A model generated the notes under the pieces. The model saw only the letters and a program-made list of their open reading frames with translations. It had not been told where the DNA came from and ran no database searches. The translations under genes were made by a program, and so were the position numbers. Shown in pieces: positions 52,929 to 64,000 of a stretch of DNA of 64,000 bases (positions are counted from its first letter, which is position 1; each line of letters begins with the position of its first letter). The stretch is from Macrostomum lignano (taxonomy: Eukaryota). The stretch covers positions 1-64,000 of the forward strand of contig NIVC01000125.1 in NCBI GenBank assembly GCA_002269645.1, written 5' to 3'.

Positions 52929-53409
52929 TGCTCCCTGGTTTAAATATGAAACAAAGCTGCACTGAAAAAAATCACAGCGTTATATTTTTTATCACAAAAT
53001 ATGAGCTAAGAAAGGAATTTTTAAATGAAGACGGTAAATGATAGTGGATACATAAATTGTATAATAGTTTACAGACACAAAATGGTGTAAGATTCCTGAA
53101 TAAATGTTCAGATGCAGTGGATATATAGGATGAAATTTACTATATTAATGTGCACCAATAATCGTTAATTAATTTTTCCCATCTTAAACAACAGCGTAAA
53201 AGTTAAAATAGATCAAATTAAAAATAATTTACGAATATTCAGTTAGCTGTTTCATGAAAAAAGTTTCGACAAAAAGTAATGCAGATAAGCCACTTTATCA
53301 GCAACAACATAACTGACATTAGGAGGACATTATAAAAAACCACTTGCATGTACAAAAAGCAATACAAAAGCAAGGAATATTGTGCCTTTTATCTGCTTTC
53401 GGGTGTACG

Positions 53410-56400
53410 TAATCCATCCTGTTCTTTCACTTGGGAAATAGATTAGCAATCTATCCTTTTGTTTTACTTGGGAAATAGATTAGCAATCCATTCTGTTCTT
53501 TTACTTGGGAAATAGATTAGCAATCCATCCTGTTCTTTCACTTGGGAAATAGATTAGCAATCTATCCTTTTGTTTTACTTGGGAAATAGATTAGCAATCC
53601 ATTCTGTTCTTTTACTTGGGAAATAGATTAGCAATCCATTCTGTTCTTTCACTTGGGAAATAGATTAGCAATCTATCCTTTTGTTTTACTTGGGAAATAG
53701 ATTAGCAATCCATCTTGTTCTGTCACTTGGGAAATAGATTAGCAATCTATCCTTTTGTTTTACTTGGGAAATAGATTAGCAATCCATCTTGTTCTGTCAC
53801 TTGGGAAATAGATTAGCAATCCATCCTTTTGTTTTACTTGGGAAATAGATTAGCAATCCATCCTTTTGTTTCACTTGGGAAATAGATTAGCAATCCATCC
53901 CGTTCTGTCATTTGGGAAATAGATTAGCAATCCATTCTGTTCTGTCACTTGGTAAATAGATTAGCAATCCATTCTGTTCTGTCACTTGGGAAATAGATTA
54001 GCAATCCATCCTGTTCTTTCACTTGGGAAATAGATTAGCAATCCATTCTGTTCTGTCACTTGGGAAATAGATTAGCAATCCATTCTGTTCTGTCACTTGG
54101 GAAATAGATTAGCAATCCATTCTGTTCTTTCACTTGGGAAATAGATTAGCAATCTATCCTTTTGTTTTACTTGGGAAATAGATTAGCAATCCATCTTGTT
54201 CTGTCACTTGGGAAATAGATTAGCAATCCATCCTTTTGTTTTACTTGGGAAATAGATTAGCAATCCATCCTTTTGTTTCACTTGGGAAATAGATTAGCAA
54301 TCCATCCCGTTCTGTCATTTGGGAAATAGATTAGCAATCCATTCTGTTCTGTCACTTGGTAAATAGATTAGCAATCCATTCTGTTCTGTCACTTGGGAAA
54401 TAGATTAGCAATCCATTCTGTTCTTTCACTTGGGAAATAGATTAGCAATCCATTCTGTTCTGTCACTTGGGAAATAGATTAGCAATCCATTCTGTTCTGT
54501 CACTTGGGAAATAGATTAGCAATCCATCCTGTTCTTTCACTTGGGAAATAGATTAGCAATCCATCCTTTTGTTTTACTTGGGAAATAGATTAGCAATCCA
54601 TTCTTTTCTGTCACTTGGGAAATAGATTAGCAATCCATTCTGTTCTGTCACTTGGGAAATAGATTAGCAATCCATTCTGTTCTGTCACTTGGGAAATAGA
54701 TTAGCAATCCATTCTTTTCTGTCACTTGGGAAATAGATTAGCAATCCATTCTGTTCTGTCACTTGGGAAATAGATTAGCAATCCATCCTGTTCTTTCACT
54801 TGGTAAATAGATTAGCAATCCATCCTTTTGTTTTACTTGGGAAATAGATTAGCAATCCATTCTTTTCTGTCACTTGGGAAATAGATTAGCAATCTATTCT
54901 GTTCTGTCACTTGGTAAATAGATTAGCAATCCATTTTGTTCTGTCACTTGGGAAATAGATTAGCAATCCATTCTGTTCTGTCACTTGGTAAATAGATTAG
55001 CAATCCATTCTGTTCTGTCACTTGGGAAATAGATTAGCAATCCATCCTGTTCTTTCACTTGGGAAATAGATTAGCAATCCATCCTTTTGTTTTACTTGGG
55101 AAATAGATTAGCAATCCATTCTGTTCTGTCACTTGGGAAATAGATTAGCAATCCATTCTGTTCTGTCACTTGGGAAATAGATTAGCAATCCATTCTGTTC
55201 TGTCACTTGGGAAATAGATTAGCAATCCATTCTTTTCTGTCACTTGGGAAATAGATTAGCAATCCATCCTGTTCTTTCACTTGGGAAATAGATTAGCAAT
55301 CCATCCTTTTGTTTTACTTGGGAAATAGATTAGCAATCCATTCTTTTCTGTCACTTGGGAAATAGATTAGCAATCCATTCTGTTCTGTCACTTGGGAAAT
55401 AGATTAGCAATCCATTCTGTTCTGTCACTTGGGAAATAGATTAGCAATCCATTCTGTTCTGTCACTTGGGAAATAGATTAGCAATCCATCCTGTTCTTTC
55501 ACTTGGGAAATAGATTAGCAATCCATCCTTTTGTTTCACTTGGGAAATAGATTAGCAATCCATTCTTTTCTGTCACTTGGGAAATAGATTAGCAATCCAT
55601 TCTGTTCTGTCACTTGGGAAATAGATTAGCAATCCATTCTGTTCTGTCACTTGGGAAATAGATTAGCAATCCATTCTGTTCTGTCACTTGGGAAATAGAT
55701 TAGCAATCCATTCTTTTCTGTCACTTGGGAAATAGATTAGCAATCCATTCTGTTCTGTCACTTGGGAAATAGATTAGCAATCCATCCTGTTCTGTCACTT
55801 GGGAAATAGATTAGCAATCCATTCTGTTCTGTCACTTGGGAAATAGATTAGCAATCCATTCTTTTCTGTCACTTGGGAAATAGATTAGCAATCCATTCTG
55901 TTCTGTCACTTGGGAAATAGATTAGCAATCCATCCTGTTCTTTTACTTGGGAAATAGATTAGCAATCCATCCTTTTGTTTTACTTGGGAAATAGATTAGC
56001 AATCCATTCTGTTCTGTCACTTGGGAAATAGATTAGCAATCCATCCTTTTGTTTCACTTGGGAAATAGATTAGCAATCCATCCTTTTGTTTCACTTGGGA
56101 AATAGATTAGCAATCCATTCTGTTCTGTCACTTGGGAAATAGATTAGCAATCCATTCTGTTCTGTCACTTGGGAAATAGATTAGCAATCCATTCTGTTCT
56201 GTCACTTGGGAAATAGATTAGCAATCCATTCTGTTCTGTCACTTGGGAAATAGATTAGCAATCCATTCTGTTCTGTCACTTGGGAAATAGATTAGCAATC
56301 CATACTGTTCTGTCACTTGGGAAATAGATTAGCAATCCATTCTTTTCTGTCACTTGGGAAATAGATTAGCAATCCATCCTGTTCTTTTACTTGGGAAATA

Positions 56401-57945
56401 GATTAGCAATCCATCCTTTTGTTTTACTTGGGAAATAGATTAGCAATCCATTCTGTTCTGTCACTTGGGAAATAGATTAGCAATCCATTCTGTTCTTTCA
56501 CTTGGGAAATAGATTAGCAATCCATCCTTTTGTTTTACTTGGGAAATAGATTAGCAATCCATTCTTTTCTGTCACTTGGGAAATAGATTAGCAATCCATT
56601 CTGTTCTGTCACTTGGGAAATAGATTAGCAATCCATTCTGTTCTGTCACTTGGGAAATAGATTAGCAATCCATTCTGTTCTGTCACTTGGGAAATAGATT
56701 AGCAATCCATTCTTTTCTGTCACTTGGGAAATAGATTAGCAATCCATTCTGTTCTGTCACTTGGGAAATAGATTAGCAATCCATCCTGTTCTGTCACTTG
56801 GGAAATAGATTAGCAATCCATTCTGTTCTGTCACTTGGGAAATAGATTAGCAATCCATTCTGTTCTGTCACTTGGGAAATAGATTAGCAATCCATTCTGT
56901 TCTGTCACTTGGGAAATAGATTAGCAATCCATCCTGTTCTTTTACTTGGGAAATAGATTAGCAATCCATTCTTTTCTGTCACTTGGGAAATAGATTAGCA
57001 ATCCATCCTGTTCTTTCACTTGGGAAATAGATTAGCAATCCATCCTGTTCTTTTACTTGGGAAATAGATTAGCAATCCATCCTTTTGTTTTACTTGGGAA
57101 ATAGATTAGCAATCCATTCTGTTCTGTCACTTGGGAAATAGATTAGCAATCCATCCTTTTGTTTCACTTGGGAAATAGATTAGCAATCCATTCTGTTCTG
57201 TCACTTGGGAAATAGATTAGCAATCCATTCTGTTCTGTCACTTGGGAAATAGATTAGCAATCCATTCTGTTCTGTCACTTGGGAAATAGATTAGCAATCC
57301 ATTCTGTTCTGTCACTTGGGAAATAGATTAGCAATCCATTCTGTTCTGTCACTTGGGAAATAGATTAGCAATCCATTCTGTTCTGTCACTTGGGAAATAG
57401 ATTAGCAATCCATTCTGTTCTGTCACTTGGGAAATAGATTAGCAATCCATTCTTTTCTGTCACTTGGGAAATAGATTAGCAATCCATTCTGTTCTGTCAC
57501 TTGGGAAATAGATTAGCAATCCATCCTGTTCTGTCACTTGGGAAATAGATTAGCAATCCATTCTGTTCTGTCACTTGGGAAATAGATTAGCAATCCATCA
57601 TGTTTTGTCACTTGGGAAATAGATTAGCAATCCATTCTGTTCTTTCACTCGGGAAATAGATTAGCAATCCATTCTGTTTTGTCACTTGGAAAATAGATTA
57701 GTAATCCATCCTCTTGGGAAATAGATTAGCAATCCATTCTGTTTTGTCACTTGGAAAATAGATTAGCAATCCATCCTCTTGGAAAATAGATTAGCAATCC
57801 ATCCTCTTGGAAAATAGATTAGCAATCCATCCTCTTGGGAAATAGATTAGCAATCCATCCTCTTGGGAAATAGATTAGCAATCCATCCTCTTGGGAAATA
57901 GATTAGCAATCCATCCTCTTGGGAAATAGATTAGCAATCCATCCC
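53410..57945. repeat. 37-bp minisatellite (~120 copies), CTTGGGAAATAGATTAGCAATC plus variable part, ending in 28-bp units
   Basis: Period 37 (55141 to 55178); copy number from length/period. Confidence 0.98.
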
Positions 57946-58089
57946 GTGTCCTCCTCATGGAGATCAAGCTTCATCGCTTATTAGTTTGCATCAGAGAATT
58001 AGACAAATATGAATTGTGAGTCATGTCAATGATTGTTGTGAATTTTTACACTCATTCAGTTAAACGGGTTCATACTTCAAAAGTGCCGC

Positions 58090-60142
58090 CTAGTTGTTGC
58101 CTTCGGGCGGCGGCATCGGCTGATTTGGCATCCCAGCGGCAGCTTCATACGGCGGCGGCTTGTCGCCGACGTCGGCATCGGTTGGAGCGCTGGCGGCAGT
58201 GCCGGGCGGCGGCATGTACCAGGCATTGTAGGCCGGCGGCATCGGCGCTCCCGCGGCGGCGGGATTCGGATAGTTAAAAGACGAATTGTCGTAGGCGGCC
58301 GGCTGCTGCAGCGGCGGTGGCGGCGGGTGCTGCTGCTGCACCGGGTAGCTGCCGGGCGGTGCCGGCGGCAGGTCGCTACGAGTTCCAGCGCCAGTTCCGG
58401 CCGTTTCGCGCCGTCGCTGAGCTGCCACAGCCCGATGGTAGAACGCCATCCGGGTGCCGAACACGGCGAGCACGGTGAGGCCGCCGATGATCAGGCCGAT
58501 GGACCAGTAGGGAAACGAGAAAAAACTGCTCGAAGACTTTTTGCTACTCAGAGTCCGGTCAAGCGTAGTGAGGTTGTGGAATTCGCTCTCTCCGCCGATG
58601 CTGCTGCTGCACAAGTAGCGAAGATACTTCCAGCAGTTCTCGCGGTAGTACGAGTTGAATCTGTAGATCACGCAGCGGCAGCTGCCAGTTGAACAGCCGG
58701 AGCTACTGGAGCTTGAGCTGTAGAACTTGAGACTACCGCTAGAGCTGAAAAATCGGGAGCAGAGGGAGGGAGTGAGTAATAAATGTTCAGTATAGGAGCT
58801 TAGGCATTAACTACGATGCAACTAGCAATAGAGTCAATTGGTAACAAATTGAGACAAGTAGCTTGATGTTAATTAGTTCACCTGATAAGAGAGTAAGACA
58901 CTGTAGAGATAATTGATGTTAATTAGTTCACCTGATAAGAACGTAAGACACTGAGAAGATAATTGATGTTAATTAGTTCACCTGATAAGAGAGTAAAACA
59001 CTGTAGAGATAATTGATGCTAATTAGTTCACCTGGTAAGAGCGTAAAGCACTATAGAGATAATTGATGTTAATTAGTTCACCTGATAAGAGAGTAAGACA
59101 CTGTAGAGATAATTGATGCTAATTAGTTCACCTGGTAAAAGCGTAAGACACTATAGAGATAATTGATGTTAATTAGTTCACCTGATAAGAGAGTAAGACA
59201 CTGTAGAGATAATTGATGCTAATTAGTTCACCTGGTAAAAGCGTAAGACACTATAGAGATAATTGATGTTAATTAGTTCACCTGATAAGAGGGTAAGACA
59301 CTGTAGAGATAATTGATGCTAATTAGTTCACCTGGTAAAAGCGTAAGACACTGTAGAGATAACTGATGATAATTAGTTCACCCGATAAGAACGTAAGACA
59401 GGAAGCTGTTGTGCTCTGCTTACCTCACGAGAAACTTATTGGCGTCCAAAAAGTACACTCCAGACGAAGAGTCGGCGGCCCCAAGCCACACCTTTGTCAA
59501 GCTAGACCAGCCTGAACTCGAAGTTGCCGATTTAAGCGCGCTGCTGGAGTCAAAGCTCAAGGCTAAATTAGCTCGCACCTGGCGGCACGCGCCGAGGGCG
59601 GTATTAAAAGTGGTCCCTGATGCGTCGGGACGCGCAGAGCCGAAGCACTTATTGTTGTAGGAGACCCACCAGGATGGACAGCCGTGAACGGCCTCAATGT
59701 CTAGCATGATCAGCTCGTTGTAGAATGGAGACGGCAGGCTGCTGGACAAGATGGCGTACAGGCTGTTTCCAGGCGTGGCGAATGCCCGGTACACGGTATC
59801 ATTGGAGGAAGTCAGGGAAGCAACGAACTCGCCTCCAGAGCCATGGTTGGTGCTCAGGCTGAGCCGCGTATACGTTGACTTCAGGCTGCCGTTGACCCGG
59901 ATGTAATAATAGGCGGATGTTAGCAGGTTGTTGCGGATAAGCACGTGGCATGTTGGTACAGCTTCGCTGATTTCTAGTCGAAGGCCAAACTGGGTTTCCG
60001 TTGGAGTGAAGTAGGCAGGGCTGGACCCATCGCTGCAGTTGTACACGGGAAACGAGGCGCTTTGGCTAGAAACGCCTGGCAACAGAATCAGCGGCAGCAG
60101 AAGCAGCTGCAGCAGGAACACTGGATGCTCGAGGCGACACAT
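58090..60142 (-). CDS. Paralogue E of the family, ~457 aa
   Basis: Exons 60142-59424 and 58744-58090, phase 2; CPSWW..CFG, VWLG, CRCVIY, YLCS, TM, PPAY and PPPY. Confidence 0.85.
58862..59400. repeat. 50-bp minisatellite in the intron of E
   Basis: AATTAGTTCACCTG at 58871, 58921 and onward. Confidence 0.95.
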
Positions 60143-60211
60143 TGCCGATTGAGGCTGAAGTGGCAAAAGAAGATTGTTGCATTTATTACAATTGATTGCT
60201 CATAAACCTAG

Positions 60212-61247
60212 GAGAGGCAGATTCAATGAGTTGAGGAAGAGCTGAGACTCTGAGAGGCACATTCAATGAGTTGAGGGGGAGCTGAGAGGCAGATTCAATG
60301 AGTTGAGGGGGAGCTGAGAGGCAGATTCAATGAGTTGAGGGGGAGCTGAGAGGCACATTCAATGAGTTGAGGGGGAGCTGAGAGGCAGATTCAATGAGTT
60401 GAGGGGGAGCTGAGAGGCACATTCAATGAGTTGAGGGGGAGCTGAGAGGCAGATTCAATGAGTTGAGGGGGAGCTGAGACTCTGAGAGGCAGATTCAATG
60501 AGTTGAGGGGGAGCTGAGAGGCACATTTAATGAGTTGAGGGGGAGCTGAGAGGCAGATTCAATGAGTTGAGGGGGAGCTGAGAGGCAGATTCAATGAGTT
60601 GAGGGGGAGCTGAGAGGCAGATTCAATGAGTTGAGGGGGAGCTGAGAGGCAGATTCAATGAGTTGAGGGGGAGCTGAGAGGCACATTCAATGAGTTGAGG
60701 GGGAGCTGAGAGGCACATTCAATGAGTTGAGGGGGAGCTGAGAGGCACATTTAATGAGTTGAGGGGGAGCTGAGAGGCACATTCAATGAGTTGAGGGGGA
60801 GCTGAGACTCTGAGAGGCAGATTCAATGAGTTGAGGGGGAGCTGAGAGGCACATTCAATGAGTTGAGGGGGAGCTGAGAGGCACATTCAATGAGTTGAGG
60901 GGGAGCTGAGAGGCAGATTCAATGAGTTGAGGGGGAGCTGAGAGGCAGATTCAATGAGTTGAGGGGGAGCTGAGAGGCAGATTCAATGAGTTGAGGGGGA
61001 GCTGAGAGGCAGATTCAATGAGTTGAGGGGGAGCTGAGAGGCAGATTCAATGAGTTGAGGGGGAGCTGAGAGGCAGATTCAATGAGTTGAGGGGGAGCTG
61101 AGAGGCAGATTCAATGAGTTGAGGGGGAGCTGAGAGGCAGATTCAATGAGTTGAGGGGGAGCTGAGAGGCAGATTCAATGAGTTGAGGGGGAGCTGAGAG
61201 GCAGATTCAATGAGTTGAGGGGGAGCTGAGAGGCACATTCAATGAGT
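60212..61247. repeat. 32-bp minisatellite GAGAGGCAGATTCAATGAGTTGAGGGGGAGCT between E and F
   Basis: Period 32 (60301 to 60333). Confidence 0.97.
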
Positions 61248-61840
61248 GAGCTTCACAAGGAACTGAGAACAAAGAAAGAAAAACAAAAATTAACAAATAA
61301 ATATACGGGTCTATCGCAATAAGCTTTACAAAGGCACATGAACAGACAATCTTTAGAGCCGCTGATCCCACTTTTACGGGTTTGAGAAAGAAAATAAGAT
61401 TATGTTACAAAGATCTAAGATTAAACAGTACAATATAAACTGAGAACTTTTGATTTTTTGCAAAACATTTTTGCCAGAAAATTACGACTATTGGACGGAT
61501 GAACTAGACACAGCAGCAGTAGACATTCGCAACAATGTACTTTATAAACTAAGAAAATGTAGTCTTTGTTAAATAAATACAAGAATACTTGTATCTGAAG
61601 GTGTGAAGGAAAAAATGTAAAAAAAATTACAGGTTACACAAAAACAATGCAAAGTATGCCAGAAATATTTGGCCACATAAAATAAGCGATCACAGCGAAG
61701 CAATGCATCGAGAGTCTGCAGACCAGGGAAATAGTTTAGTCTGTCAGGTAGCTGGTGCTGCTCCATAAGGGCCAGGAATTCCGCTCATTTCAACTAACAG
61801 ATTAGCAAGATAGGCAACAAGCGATGCAACTTCGATGCCA

Positions 61841-63490
61841 TCAGGCTTCGCTGGCGCCACCGTCGTCGCCAAAGGCGGCCAGAGCGGCAGCGTAGGACGG
61901 CGGAGGCTCCGGCTGGTTCGGGGAGTCCTCGACCGAGTCGGCTGATGCGGCGGTCAGCGCGGACGGACTCGGCGTGGCTGCGGCTGCCGCTTCAGCGTAG
62001 CTCGGAGGTCCTTCGTCATCATCTGGCGGAGCGTACAATTCAGCACCGGTGCCGGACTCTGCTGCATTGGTTTCCATGACAACCGAGTCCGAGTCTATTG
62101 AGTTCAAAATCTCCGACACCGCAGCCGCCACATCGTAGCTCGGCGGGCCGCCGTCGGCCGAATCGTCCACTGCGACGTCAATGTTTCCAGGATCCGTAGC
62201 AACGGTTGCCGTAGCAACTGACTCAGTCTGAGAGTTTGCCACATCTTCCAGATCGGGCGTGCCGCCATCGCGCACGCCGCTGGCAGCTCGAGAACGCGTG
62301 AATCGCAGACACCTGCGCAGCCGGGACCGAATTCGGCTCAGGCAGGTGCGCAGTCGCGAGGCCGGCCTGCTGGTGGGGCAGTCATTGTCTCGCGCGAAAA
62401 ACAGCCCAAACAGGACAGCGCCAAAAAGACAGCCAAAGATTAACAGCCCGCAGCTGAAGCCGGAGCAAACTTTTTCGTCATCAGAGCCAAGAGATCCGTC
62501 CAACAAGTCATCGAGGCCGTCCAAGTCGTAAACCGGTCGGACTAAACAGTCAGCGCAGCCGCTGCACAGGTAGGGCAGCTTCTTGTCGCAGTCAGCCAAG
62601 AAGTATTCGCCCTTAGCAACAAACACGCAGCGGCAAGACCAGCGCGAACAGTTCATCGAGATGCCGTGGCTGAAGTCCCGAGACTCTTCCACCCTGCAGA
62701 GAAAAAGTTTCGATTCAATCGATTTAAAAAAGATCGCAAAAATGCTCATTAACTAGTAGAAGACTCACACAAGAGGCAGCCCGAGCTCCTTGGCACTGAG
62801 AAAGTACACCGAGTACTTGCTGGCTGCCGCCCCGATCCACACCGGCTGATCGGGTGGCCAGCCTGAGGCGGACAGGCCGCTCCTCAACTCACTGACGGAC
62901 CCGAAGTCCATCGCCAGGTTGGCTCCCACGTGACGGCACCCAGTCACCGCCTCGTCGAACGACGCAAACGAGTTCTCTACAGACGCCGCACCGTAGCAGC
63001 TGCCGTTGCTGTAGAACCAGTTCCTGGGACACTTCGTCACCAGCTCGATGTCCAGCAGCACCTCATCTGATGAGCCCGCCAGAGATGGGCTGCTCAGGCT
63101 GGCATAGATGCTCCAATACTGCACTGCGAATGCTCGGTACAAGCCCTGGTTTTTGTGCGTCACCATGGCGACCTGCGAGCCGCCGAGCTGGCGAGTGCGC
63201 AGAATCAGCACTGAGGACTGATGGCGAAGCTGGCCGATCAGTCTGACATAGAAATGCCACCTGCTGGCTCCGGTGGCGCTGCCGACAAGCAGCGAGTGGC
63301 AGGAGCGGCTGCCGCCTGCGCCGCCGATGCTCAACCGCAGCTGCAGCGACTCGCCGGGCCGGATCGACCTCGGAGCTGGCGATCCTGCGGCTGCGTTGCT
63401 GCAGTTGAGCAGCGGCCCGCCGCCCGCCACCACCAGCGGCAGCAGCAGCGGCAGCAGCAACAGCAGCGACAGAGGCAGATTGGCTTGTGA
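61841..63490 (-). CDS. Paralogue F of the family (start codon unresolved), long acidic tail
   Basis: Exons ~63490-62769 and 62693-61841 with a 75-bp phase-2 intron; CPRNW..CYG, VWIG, CRCVFV, YLCS, TM, PPSY x3; no in-frame ATG before the signal peptide. Confidence 0.72.
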
Positions 63491-63786
63491 CTGAAAGCAT
63501 AATTTACAGAATAATATTAGATGCCTTGGACTGAAGTGCCTACTACATATATATAGTAGAAGATTCGAGCCAGCGAAATTAGCAAAACTCTCTTAGACGA
63601 TGTGAAATTTCCAGATTATGAAGTTTCTAGCTTGTCTGTTTTGGTCTTAGGTCTATCAAAATTTAAATAAATCGACAAGAAAACTGCACAGTTTTTCGAG
63701 AAACAAGACAAAATGCAATGTTCTACTTTGCCGATCGGTTTAACGCTTTTTCACTTTCGTCAGAAAATGCAATTCTACGAGCCAAT

Positions 63787-64000
63787 TCACTGACTATCGC
63801 CAGGCGCGTCCAGCACCCAGATTCTCTTCTGCATCCGGTCAGCAGACGGCGCTGGGAACAGCGCATCCCGCACGCAGGCGTCCAGTTCCTCCAGCGCCAG
63901 GCGCACCTGCACCAATGCGGCCTCGTCTCGTTCGACCGATTCGGCCAGCCGCAGAGCCCGGTGCAGCTCGGACAGACAGGCGGCCGGCAGACCGGCCAGG
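63787..64000 (-). CDS. TANGO6: C-terminal end of a TANGO6/Rtp1-like protein (partial, runs off the window)
   Basis: Frame from 63999: ELHRALRLAESVERDEAALVQVRLALEELDACVRDALFP...MQKRIWVLD, resembling the TANGO6 C-terminus (LALEELD..FLFP..KKI.VL) as recalled; stop 63787-63789. Confidence 0.6.
   Translation of the reverse strand, partial: LAGLPAACLSELHRALRLAESVERDEAALVQVRLALEELDACVRDALFPAPSADRMQKRIWVLDAPGDSQ

Noticed and set aside
53410-57945. CRISPR-like constant/variable alternation
   Set aside because: Variable parts are a few recurring point variants, not unique spacers; no cas genes; eukaryotic context.

Overview
Eukaryotic, intron-containing animal DNA: GC-rich exons in AT-rich, minisatellite-laden introns and spacers. 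The style suggests a Macrostomum-like flatworm (inference, unverified). Genes reconstructed by hand with frame-consistent GT-AG junctions: a 4-exon GT32/DXD glycosyltransferase (-), a 3-exon PLA2G15/LCAT-like lipase (-), an SRSF7-like splicing factor (+) with a candidate poison exon, and the 3' end of a TANGO6-like gene (-). The main item is a tandem array of six 2-exon paralogues (36.9-63.5 kb, all -) encoding signal peptide + CUB-like + divergent C-type-lectin-like domain + TM + PPxY-containing tail, which I do not recognise as a named family. Also present: a 6.6-kb foldback element with ~2.67-kb near-identical arms, MITEs with TSDs, tRNA-derived SINEs, LINE remnants, CpG-free tracts, and about 20 different tandem arrays, many abutting exon boundaries. 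No databases were searched; all family calls come from motif recognition.
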